From: the human T2T-CHM13v2.0 reference genome, Homo sapiens
Reading direction: 5' to 3' (one strand)
Length of the DNA: 64,000 nt
NCBI RefSeq assembly: GCF_009914755.1
Contig: NC_060929.1
Below the pieces are notes generated by a model, which had not been told where the DNA came from, searched no databases, and saw nothing but the letters and a program-made list of their open reading frames with translations. Positions 30,869 to 42,555 of the stretch are shown one piece after another. Numbering within the stretch: position 1 is the stretch's first letter; each line of letters begins with the position of its first letter. The translations under genes and the position numbers were made by a program.

Positions 30869-33319
30869 AGGGATAGGAACCTTTACTGCACAACCAGTGG
30901 AGCCTGTGGACAAGAAAGCAGTACCTGCAGGGAGGCTGTGTCAGATTGTGAGAGTGGATGTGGGAGCAGCAAACTGCAGCCCAGGGCATCGCCTGAATCT
31001 CCTCCCCACCCCACCCATCACGTCCAGACTCCCAGCTCCCTCCCTTTCCATCTGACCCACAGCAGAATCATGTGGGCAGATAACTGCCTTCCTTCACCGC
31101 TAATTCTAGAGGCGAGAGAAATGCACAATTCCTTAGAAGAGACTTGGGAGTTGCAACTTCTGTGTGTGGGGCTGGGGGAAGGGTCTGGGGAGTTGATGCT
31201 TAGGGACGGGGAGAATGGAAAGCAGGGACTTTACAGACGAGAATGTGTTGACCTTCTTAGGAGAGGAACACAAGAAGTTAGAAGGTGGGTGGGAGGAAGT
31301 GCTTATTTGAATTTGACTTGGACAGAGGGTCCTGACCATGGGAGAGAGAATAAGGTGGTGGCACGTGGCCCAGAGAGGATGCTGACGTGACACAGACACC
31401 ACAGGCAATCTGAGGATGCCCTTGCCCGTGTCCACCCAGCCTCACTCCCACCAACTTTTTAACATCTCAGATTTATCACCAGAGGCTGAAGTCCCTTGCT
31501 GTTGGAACTTCCTAGAGGGCCTGCATGGGAGCAAAGGCTGCAGCTGTCATCCTCACAGAGAGAGGGGGCAATTTTCCCCTCCATCCTTAAGGCAGGCAGT
31601 GGGAGCACCCTCCATGCCTGGGATCCTTGTGGATGGCAAAGGGCTCCACCACATGAGAGAGTCCAGTGGAGCGAGCGGAACCAGGAAGGGGTCCTGACTG
31701 CTCTGCTGGACAGAGGGGCCCACCCACTCCAGCAGCCACACTAGAAGGCACAGAACTCGGCAAGCCGGCCTCAGAAAGAGTGTGCAGGCAGGGGGAGACC
31801 TGCCTCCCGTGCAACGCATCCTCCATGCAGAGCGCCAGTGCTCACAGCACTCCTGCCGGCCGTGGGTGGGAGGCGGTGGGGAGGGGGCTGGAGCAGCAAC
31901 CCCATAGGAGCCCTCCTGCAGGCCACACTCCGCTCTACCTCGACAGTCACTGAACTCCCTGCCCCCAGGCCTGGACACAGCTCTGACCTCCCCCGTCCTG
32001 GGAGCCGGCCAGCCTGTGCAAGGCAACGAGAAGCAATATTTTCCACTTCCTCCCAGTTGACAATTTCATTCTTTTAAAAAAAACTCTTTCATCCCCTTTC
32101 TCTGTGTGCCTTGCTCTGCTGTTTTAGCTAAGTTGCCTCAGAAGTTCAAAGGTGGGTAGGAGGAAGTACTTATTTGGACTTCCTGTCAAACCTTCCCTCC
32201 CTGGCTGCCCTATTTTTGACTTTGGCAGCCTGAACCCAGATAGCTCTGCTGTGAAGGGAAACTCCCCAAATGCCAGCAAGCGGGGTGGAGTGGGGGCTGG
32301 GGGCCAGAGAGGGGGTAACCGTCTTCTCAACTTAATAGAAAAATCCTTGTCTTCTTCCTTGGCAAGCTGGAGAAGGCAAGATTTCTGGGTGGTGGGAAGG
32401 GGTGCCAGAAAATAAAGCAAATGAAATTTATCTCCAGTCAGCAAAGGCACCTGCGACCAACTTCAGCTGCTTCTCCACAAGGAAGAGCTGTGGACCCAGA
32501 AAGTGCAAGCACATCCCTAAGATGAAGTGGCTTGCAGTAAACGAGAACAGCATAGATGAGAGGTTCGAGGTACGTTTGAGAAGTGGGCGCATCCTGATTG
32601 CATGTAATTTGTCTACCAACCCTTCCACGAGTCTTCAAGAGCTTGGCGAAAAGAAAGGCTAGGTCCTCTTGTGTATGATGTCACATAGCCCTCGTAACTG
32701 CTCTTTGTGAAAGGGGGATAGAGTCATACATACTCACTTTATAGATTGAAAACAAAGGCTTGGGGAGACCAAATGCTTTTCCAAGGCCTCACAGTTTATC
32801 AGAGGTAAAATGTGGGATTTGAAACCAGATCTGTCTGACACTAAGACTTTCCACCAAAAGATGGCACTTTCCAAGAATAGAAATGTTACGAAATGAATTA
32901 TCAATACTCACCTAGAGCAGGTCTTTTCAACCATATTTATTAGGAAAGACAGGATATTTTGTTTTTGAGTTCTTGTAAAATGATGATCCTTGGTTTGCAT
33001 ACATTTTTCTCTAATTAAAAATAATTAAGCCTAGCAATCTAATGCTACATGAGTTTCGCAGGCTCACTGAGTCCCTCAGTTGTACCCTGCAAGTAGAGAA
33101 ACACCTGTTGAGGGATGCAGAGGTTGGCTGGGTCAGGCTGAGTTGCAGATGGGAGGTGGGGGTGGTGGAGGAAAAGAGTAAAATAAGGGAGGAAAATGAC
33201 CACAAGCTTTCATTCATTCCAGCTTGAGGCCTCAAGGAAGCCTGAATTGCTCCTGCTATGGAGACCCTGGAGTTGCCTGGCTCCTGCATGTTCCAAGCCT
33301 GCTCTTAAAACTGTCCTTT

Positions 33320-33450
33320 GGGAGGCTGAGGCAGGAGAATGGCGTGACCCCGGGAGGCAGAGCTTGCAGTGAGGCGAGATCGCACCACTGCACTCAGGCC
33401 TGGGCGACAAAGCGAGACTCCGTCTCAAAAAAACAAACAAACAACAAAAC
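33320..33450 (+). mobile_element. 5'-truncated AluY (right-arm fragment)
   Basis: gaatggcgtg..agcttgcagt diagnostics, (CAAA)n tail, TSD AAAACTGTCCTTT. Confidence 0.9.
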
Positions 33451-33901
33451 TGTCCTTTTGAGTAGGCGAACGCCTCCATATCCTTCCAATAAGTAACTTT
33501 GTTGCTCAGGTTGCACAGAGTTAGATTCTGTTGCTTGCAACCAAAACCCCAGCTCTTCCACATACATAGACCATTCTCCTTTAATTTGTCCAAACAGTCT
33601 CAAGGGGGAAGAGGAGGTAGGCTGGAGTAAGGAAGAGTCATGGACTGGGAGATGGGGAGGTCCCGGGCTTGGATTCTACTCAAGCAATGCCATCAGCTGG
33701 GTGTCCAACCTTGAGCCCCTTTTAAAGTTTCCTCATCTTTAAAAGGGACTGATAAAACTTAACATCCCACTTCACGTGCTTTTGCTGACACACGAAGTTG
33801 CTTGTGTTACATGTCTGTCCTGTGTCTGACATATCTGACATGGAGATGCTACAAGTTCATTTCCATCCCCCAGACAATTTCTAGATCTTCCTTTTAGTCT
33901 A

Positions 33902-34231
<330 letters not shown>

Positions 34232-35870
34232 TCATCAGAGGGTGACGGTACATGTGATCTGCCAAACTAGGATATTTTTGGAAGTGGAAGGGATGCTGCT
34301 TGTGATATGTTGGGATGGCCGGCAGACTTTGGGGTTGCCCCTGGCAATGGAAACATATGGGATCCCCAGTCACAGAGTTCTCACCCCATTATACTGATGC
34401 CTTGGTCTGTTTTCCTCCTGCAGAGTTTCATCTGATCCACCAAAGCAGAATTTCCTACTCCTTGCTTGTGACAAATGGTGACTCTATTTGCATTTAGCAA
34501 AAAATTGGAATACTTTTCGTCACAGGCAGAAACTCCAAATGTAACTCAGGTGGGGATAGTTTGAGCACATGCCAATAGCTTATGTTCCCTGAGCCCAGCA
34601 ACTTTTCATTCCCAGCTGTTTCATGAGGCCTCTTCAGAGCATTGCCTTATCCTGCCCTTACTGGAACTGGAGGGTCCACTTTATCTTTAAACCAAGGTGA
34701 CTGCATAGGCTCATAGCTCTAAATTAAATGTGTGACTAGCCAGCAGAAGTGCCAGATTCTTACAAACAGACTTGCCCTGTTTCATCCCCCTCAGCCCTGC
34801 CATTGTTCTTTGCTATCTACTATAGCGTTTCAGGCCATCTCTTGTGCTCCCTGACGGCCAGGCTTGTGATTTAGGTAGTCTGTCCTAAACAACTGAAGGC
34901 CAGAATTTCACAAAACTGCAGTGTCCCCTTAAGGAGGGCCTTTGTTCCTGTTCTGGGGGCTTCCTGTGTGAACCTGGATTCTCCGAGGGACTCAAGTCCA
35001 TTCTGGAGATTTGGCAGAATGATCCTCCCTGGTCTAGCTTTTCTTCCCAAGTCCAACCCCTCAAAAGTTTCAAACTGCAGATATTTTTTTCTTTCTAGAG
35101 ACAGAACCTACAGGAATCAAGACGCAGACTCTGGAGTCAGAATAACATGTTTGAATCCCAACTCTGTTACACTCCTGCTGTGTGACCTTGTGCAACTTAC
35201 TTCTCTGTCCCACAGTTGCCATGGGGGTATGGGAAAAGCTAAACAATAGCATGGATCTCATTGAGTGGTTGTGAGGATTCAGTGAAAGAGAATTAGAAGC
35301 ATGGATCACAGCCCCTGGCACACTATAGATGGTGTCGTTGCTGGCAGTTTTCACTACTATGAACACGTCTGACTCATTCATCCCTCCCCAGGGACCAGCC
35401 CTGAGTAACAGTTGGTTCTCCACTGCTGTGCGTCCCTGGGTTGGAGATAACCTTGAGCTCCCCTCTCCTGTATCACATGTGGGTGTGCACCAGTGGCATG
35501 CAGTACTCTGTGATATTTCTGATGTAAACAGATAGCAAAAGTGTAGAGTTGGCTTTTCCTAATAGTTACAAGGAGGTGCTGCAAGCTCAAAGGCTGATAA
35601 GGCCAGGGGGAAATGCAAATGAATGAAGCACGTCTGATGGGATAACTGACCGCCTAATGCAACCTACTCTGGGCATTGTATGAGGGTGCAGTAAGGCAGG
35701 TGGGGCCTGGGGCAAACAGGGAGCAGCTCAATCCAAGATCATTGCTGCCATACTGTAATGGGGCACATTAGGCAAGAATTTGGGTCCTGTGTTGCCAGTT
35801 CTTTGTTTAAGAAAAGGTAGAAAGCTAGATATTATGTTTTAAAAAAAATCAAAAAGAAAAATGTGGCAAC

Positions 35871-36384
35871 TGTGGTAGGCAGAATATTGACCCCCCAGAG
35901 ATGTCCACATCTTCATTTTCGAATCTGAATACGTTAAGTTACATGGAAAAGGGGAATTAAGGTTGCGGATGGATTCGAGGTTGCTAATCAGCTGGCCTTA
36001 AAATAGGGAGACAAGCCTAGAATATCTGGGTGGGTGCAGTGTAATCACAAAGGCCCTTAAAAGTGGAAGAGGGGAGGTGGGAGAAGGAAGCACCAGAGGA
36101 AGATATGACTATGGAAGCCAGGCACAGAGATGCAACATTGCTGATGTTAAAGATGAAGGCATGGAGCCACAAGCCAAGGTACGTGAGCGGCCTCTAGAAC
36201 CGGGGAAAGCGAGGAAAGGGATTCTTTCCTGGAAACTTCAGAAAGCAACACGGCTTTTGACTTTAGCCCAGTGAGAATTGTTGCAGATTTTCGACCTCTG
36301 GAACTATAAGGTAATAAATTAGTGTTGTTTTAAAGTCACTAAATGTGTGGTAATTTGTTACAGCAGCAATAGAAAATGAATACA
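35871..36384 (+). mobile_element. MaLR LTR (MLT1D-like)
   Basis: TGTGGTAGGCAGAAT start; taatcaca..cccttaaaag; ends gtaatttgttacagcagcaatagaaaatgaataca. Confidence 0.85.
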
Positions 36385-37824
36385 TCACCTAACAAAAAAA
36401 AAAAAAAGGACAAACCAACCACGTTTGTTGGCTGTAGAGCTGCTGAGAGCCTCTTGTGACTGAGAATCACTGAATGACAGGTACTATTTTTAAGGTGGAA
36501 GGACTTGAAAATCAGCACCCTGGACTCTATGACCTAGTCAGTGTCAGGGAGGGCCAAGATCACACAGCTGTGACTCATACTGGACAGGCCGAGTCCTAGA
36601 ACAGCACACACACGGCTCTCCAGCCATTGAGGGAAGGCAAATGGAGGTGAAGTAATAGTGGTAAGTTCCTGCCAACGCAGAGTTCACGTCATAAGCACGT
36701 GAAACTTACGTAAACACAACTGCACGTGGCTGGAGGGAGAACGAAACAGGAGCTTAAGTAGTGTGGGCTGTTTTGCCTGCTGTTCTATTCAAGAAACAAA
36801 GGAATGCCCCAGGGTAAGCTCAAGAAGGCCAGCTGTAGGTGCTGCCTGTTGAGCTAAACCCTGTCCAAGCATAACTTCCTTCCAGACATGCGCGTACATG
36901 GTCCCGGGCCCTTTACCTGCCATTGCTGTCAACTCCATGGCCTGCTTCCCAGACGGATGCTCCTGTTTCACAAGCCAGCTGCATTTCTTTTTCTTTTCTC
37001 TTCCTTTTTCCTTATTATTATTATTATTATTTTTTTCTTTTTGGCACATGTAATTTTGGAAGCATCGTTCAGTTTCCCCAGGAAGCTCTGCACTGAGTGA
37101 CGACAGGAACAAGTATGCCTTCATTGAGCACTGCCTATGTCACCGGTGTTCTGGGCCTTGGCGCCTGGATTGCTTTACACACACAGGGTGCTAATTAAGA
37201 CTGTGGCATGCCTAGAGTTGAATCTCTGGTGAATGGAACCAGATACTTGTCATTGTGGAGGGACAAAGGCCTTTAAAGGGACTTAGCTCCAAAGTGGCAG
37301 CCCCTGGGTGTCTTCTAGCTAGGGGCTTTCCATTTGGTCCGCAGTGCTCCTCGCTGTTCCCACTCCCCCAAAATCACTTTGAAAGCATTTAGCTGGGACA
37401 TCTTCTCTTCTGTTCAGCTTACCCTCAGTCCTCCCCATGATCTTGTATCACCCCGCTTCACTTAGCTACAGTTCCCGCCTAGCCCTTGAGAGAGAGTTTG
37501 AGTTTGTGAGAGTTTATCCTTATCCAAGTGCCACATTTAACTCAATTCACTTATTCATTCATTCATAATATATTTATTGAACACCTGCTATGTGCTAAAG
37601 AATGTAATGGGATTCAGGAGTGAACAAACATAAAGTCATCGATCTCATGGAGACTAATAATGATAATGTTATAATAATGGTGATGATGATGGTGATTAAT
37701 GAGCATTGAGTATTTACTTTGTACCAGGGGTGTTTCCCTTACTGTAAAATGAGGAAACTAATGCATAGGCCAGTTTCATCCTTATGTGGCAGACAGAAAT
37801 TAACAAAGGAGCAAATAAGAGGTG

Positions 37825-38026
37825 CGAGGGCTCTATGTACAATTTGGTAGCCACTAGCCTGGCTATTTAAATCTAAAGTCATGGAAATGCAATAAAATTC
37901 AAAATTCAGTTCCTTGGTCACACATATTTCAAATGCTCAACAGTTACACATATCCAGTGGCAGTCACTTCGGGCAGTGCAGACACAGAACATTTTCATCA
38001 TTGCAAAGTTCTACTGGGCAGCCCTG
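37825..38026. mobile_element. MER3/MER33-like hAT element
   Basis: gtagccactagc..aaaattcagttcc..atttcaaatgctcaa..gaacatttt..aaagttcta..gcagccctg. Confidence 0.7.
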
Positions 38027-38269
38027 GTCTAGAGTGTTGTGGCTCATAATGGAAGCTCCAGGGTTTGAATCCTGATCTGACACTCACCAGATGGGAGACC
38101 TTGAGCAAATTTCTTAACCTCTCTCTATCTTGGGTTATTGATATATAAAATGTGGTCAATGGCAATACCAATCTCAAGGAGTTTGGGAGAAGATGAATTA
38201 ATTCTAGGATGTTTAGAACAGTGTCCATCACATAATAAACATCTGATCCATTGATCATATCTACTATTA

Positions 38270-39140
38270 TAAATATATAAAATGATGGGAGGTCATGATA
38301 AATGCTGTAAGGGAAAATAAAGCGAGGCGAGTGGTTGGATGTGACAGGGTCTTGCTTAGACGAAACAGTCAAGGGTGTCTTCTTGAGAGGGTGGCCTCTG
38401 AATAAAGTCAGGAAGCCAGACCTGTGGATAACTGGGGGAAGAACATCCAGGCAGAGGCCGTGAGCAAAGACCCCAAGGCTGGGTCTTGCTTGGCATGTCC
38501 CAGGTACAGCAGAGGCCAGTGTAGCTGGAAAGGAGCAAGTGAGGGAGAGAGGAGGCAGATGGGCTTGGAGAGATGCTAGAGGACCATGGTGAGGACTTGC
38601 ACTGCATTGAATGTGGTGGGAGCACCTGGTGGGTTTTGAGCAGGGACGTGTTGGGGTCTGACTTATATTTTAGAGTCACCCTGGCTGGCCATGTGGGGCT
38701 AGAAGACCCCAGGGGAGGAGATGGAGGCTGGGAGGTCTGATAGAAGGCTGCTGCAGCCAGCAGGCCAGTGGAGACACCAAAAGAAGGGGCAGTGGGTAGG
38801 CTTTGCATTCAGGGCAGCTCTCACACTGGCTGTCCCCTCTGCCTGGAGCAGGCTTTGCCCAGATGTCCTCCTGGCTCACTCCCTCACCTCCTTATGTCTT
38901 GACTCAGAGGTCACCCTTCCAGATTAGACTGCCTGACCCCTTCTGTGCTTTCTGTTTTCTCCTTATTACAAATGAATCTGCACCATATTTCACTGATTGT
39001 GTTTGCTGCATGCATGAGGGCTCACATAAGGATGTGCTTTTTGTCCACTTTGTTCATTGCTGAATCACTAGCACTGACAGCTGTACCTGGCACAAACTGG
39101 GTGCTTAAGAAATATTCTTGAATCAAGGAATCAATAAATG
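38270..39140. mobile_element. L2 fragments in both orientations
   Basis: L2-like motifs (gcaaagacccc..aggccagtgtagctgg; cctggcaca..gtgctt..aaatatt..gaatgaatg). Confidence 0.6.
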
Positions 39141-42100
39141 AATGTTATAGAGAAAGCAGGAGAATAGATGATAATTGAGAAAACTGAAGCCCAGAGATGG
39201 GAAGTCACTGGCCCCATGTCACACAGCAGCAAATGCAGAACCGGTCCTGGAACTTCAGCCTCTCAGCCCCGGCCCTGTCCTCTCCTGTGCTTCTCACCAC
39301 TTTATGTAAGTTTTTTCTTTATTTGTGGAGCTCTCAGCAGGCATTTTTCTCTCTGTGCTCAGTTGGCATTTTTCCCTTGAACCAGCTGTGTCTTCACTCT
39401 CTTCCCCATTTTCTCCAGAATATGTTCTTCTGTTTAACTGAATGTTCTCTTTTTCTGCAGGTCTGGCCCAACTGCAATATCCAGAGACTTTTCGGTGTCA
39501 TATGAAAGAAAAGGAGCAGGAAGCCAAGATGCCCCACCTGGCTTCTACATCAGGGTGATCTGCATAGTAAGATGCAAAGACACTGACATATGCCTGGGGG
39601 TAACGAGGGCAGTGGGGGGAGGGAGCTAAGCCAAGATAAGCCTCCTCCCCACCAAACATAGGTGCTACTGAGCAATGATAGGGGGCATGCTGTCTGCTCT
39701 GGTACTTGCGTAGGGAATGCTCTGAGAAACCTCACTAAATCTGCCCTCTAGAGTAGAGCAACCTGGGAGCTCAGGCTTCCCTTTCCTCTGTGTGATGGGT
39801 TGGCGGTCCTTAGAGCCAGCCATTTCGTCCTGCTCCTTCTCTCCTCCCCTTCCTGACCAATAAAGATTGTGTGCTTCTGCCCAGTCAGCAGGGTGGGCTC
39901 TCACTCCATCCTGCCTCTGGTATGACAGCACAATTCCCCTCATTCTTTATAATCATTATAAAATAAAATAACTACCTTTTAGAATACTTATTTGATATGA
40001 GGCACTTTGCAAACCCACAGTCCTGCATATCCCATTTGACATATCAGGATGCTGGGCTTACAGGTTACCCCAGGGGTGGAGTTGGGCTCAATCCTAGGAT
40101 TGTCTGCATCTGATTCTGAAGCTTGTTTTCTTTTCCCCTATACACAATCATTCATTCATTCATTCAGTAATTTTTAAATTGAGACATACTATGTACCAGC
40201 ACCTGTTCTAAGCATTGGATTATGGTGATGAATGAGGCAGACAGGGTCCTTCCCACAAATAACTAACTCTATTCAAGCAGTGGGAGAAAAAGCAATGAAT
40301 GGGAAATAAATGCACAAATCAAGTAATGTTGGATGGGACAACTGCTGTGGTCCCATTGAAACAAGCCCAGAGTGAGCCCAGTGTAGGGACTTCTTCATTG
40401 ACTGGTTGGGAATTGAGTGACAATCGGTTGCTGCATGCTGATGGGTGCCAAATACAACCGTAAGGAAACACTCCCCTGGGAGGGAGGCGGGATCCAGGTT
40501 AGGAAAGAGCCTTGGATTGAGGCAGAGTGTCAGGAAGTGGGGAGGTACGCAGCTGACCTTGGAGAAAATCCCTGAGTGGTGCAGATCTCTTGAATCTCTG
40601 AGTGGCTCAGAGTCTTCCTGGAAATGCAGAAATCCCCATGCCACTTAGGGGCATCTTCATTCATCTCCAGCCCTCCTTTATTAAGTCATGTATACCATCT
40701 CCTCTCTTATGCTTAATGTCATGCCACTCTTCAATCCTTGTCCCTTCTTTCCCTCTTTGCCTGCTTGTGGTTTACTCCTGCTGACACCAAAGGCTGAGGA
40801 GGATGAAAGAACAATTCCAGCCCTGACAGACAGCAGTAGCAGCAACTACCTCTGGCTTCTCCTGGGGACTTTGCCAAGCCACACCTCTGTCTCTCCCTCC
40901 GCTGTCCCTCTGCAGCTGGTTCTTCCTCCCGCTGCACCCTCTCCACCCCTACCCACAGTCTCACACCCAGATTCTCCCTCTCTGCCCAGCCACCTTCAGA
41001 TTGGAGGCTTGGTCAGACCTGACGCCTGGCTTTGAGTTTGCTTACCCTCCCTCCCCTGGGCTCCTGGATTCCAGATAGAATCTGGCTCTTCTCAGATTCT
41101 ATCTGGTCAACTGACCAGGGTTCTGGGGCCCCACAATAGGACTCAGGGCCCTCAGACCCTATTGATCTGGTAAGTGACTGCAGAATCACCCTTATTCGTG
41201 AGCCACGAATGGAAGATTGCGAAAAGGCATCTTCCAGCATTATCCTGTTCCTTCTATGAGATTGTGCCAACGACCACTCCCTACTTCTCTTTTCTATCAA
41301 TGCTGAGCATTATGTCCTTTGGAAAACTTCTCAGAACCTCCAAATATGGGTGAAGTGTCCCTCCTAAGTGCTTCCAGGGTGTGCTGTGCTTACCTTTCAT
41401 ATAGCACCATCTACACATGGCCATCTCGCTGCTCAGCTCTCCTACTAGAATATGGTCTCCTTGAAGGCAGGTCAGCGTGGTATCTCCATGATTAACAGGG
41501 TGCCTGGCACAAATGAATAAATGAGGCCGCTGCAGCCCTCCTGCCATGGACCCTGGGAAAGCAGAACACATGTTCATTTCCTTTTCTGACTCTCTAGGGC
41601 GTGAGAATCCTTCCAGATTGGGTGACTCTTCAACTTCCTCTTGGGGATCTGTAGGTGCAGCAAGGGTTGGAGAATCAGAAGCGCATGTGTTGAGAGCACC
41701 CTAGGATTGCTCAGTGACAAGCAGGGAAACCAGACTCCCTGTGACATCATCACTTTGGGGCATGCATGGCCTGGGGATTTCTGCATTTCCAGGAAGACTC
41801 TAAGACAGCCCTGTTTAGGATGTAGTGAATCACTAGCACTGTCTGGAGCTCTGAACTGCAGCAGAAGGCTGAGGTCTGTGAGACAGCCAGAAGAAGTGGG
41901 TGGGGGGAAGATGGTTTCATATAGATGCACCATCCAAATCCCTTCAAGTTGTCTGTGACCAACATTTCTTACTTTGAACAAAGTTATGGATTTTTTTCTA
42001 CCTGTAAAAGTAAAACAGAGTCATCATGGAAACATAAATAAAATACAGGCAAGAAAAGGAATAATGAACATTAGACACTTAAAATGTTGGTATTTCCTTT

Positions 42101-42169
42101 CTTCAAGTAAAAAAATCTTTCTCACTGTCAAAATGAGAGTACCATCTTCATAGAATTCTTTATAACCTC

Positions 42170-42555
42170 TGTTAAAGGAAAACTTTAAATTTCCAAATTA
42201 AATTTAACAGAGTTTATTTGAGCAAAGAATGATTCACGAATCCACAGCACTCAGAACCAGAAGAGGTTCCGGGAGCCCAGGAGCATGAGCACTGAGCTTT
42301 TATAGGCTGAACATGGAAACAAAGCAGATAAATCACCTGATTGGCTACAGCTAGACATCTGTCTTATTTGGGCCTGGTGCGATGAATTGGTTGTCCGTGA
42401 TTGGCTGAAACTCAGCTGTTTGTGATTGGCTGAAACCAGCTATTTGTTACCAAAAGTATTCTCCTAAGTTTCAGTTTGTTTATATACTAAGTTAGGGTGT
42501 AATTTGTTATGGAGGAATTCAAAGTGCGGAGGCTTCCTGCTTGTTTCATTTAATA
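42170..42555 (-). mobile_element. ERV1 solo LTR (MER57-like)
   Basis: 4-bp TSD CCTC (42166-69 / 42556-59); three CCAAT boxes, TATAAAA and AATAAA in minus-strand order. Confidence 0.8.

Noticed and set aside
31700-32030. Possible CpG island or second gene promoter
   Set aside because: Short, with modest CpG density and no downstream exon structure; treated as a candidate enhancer instead
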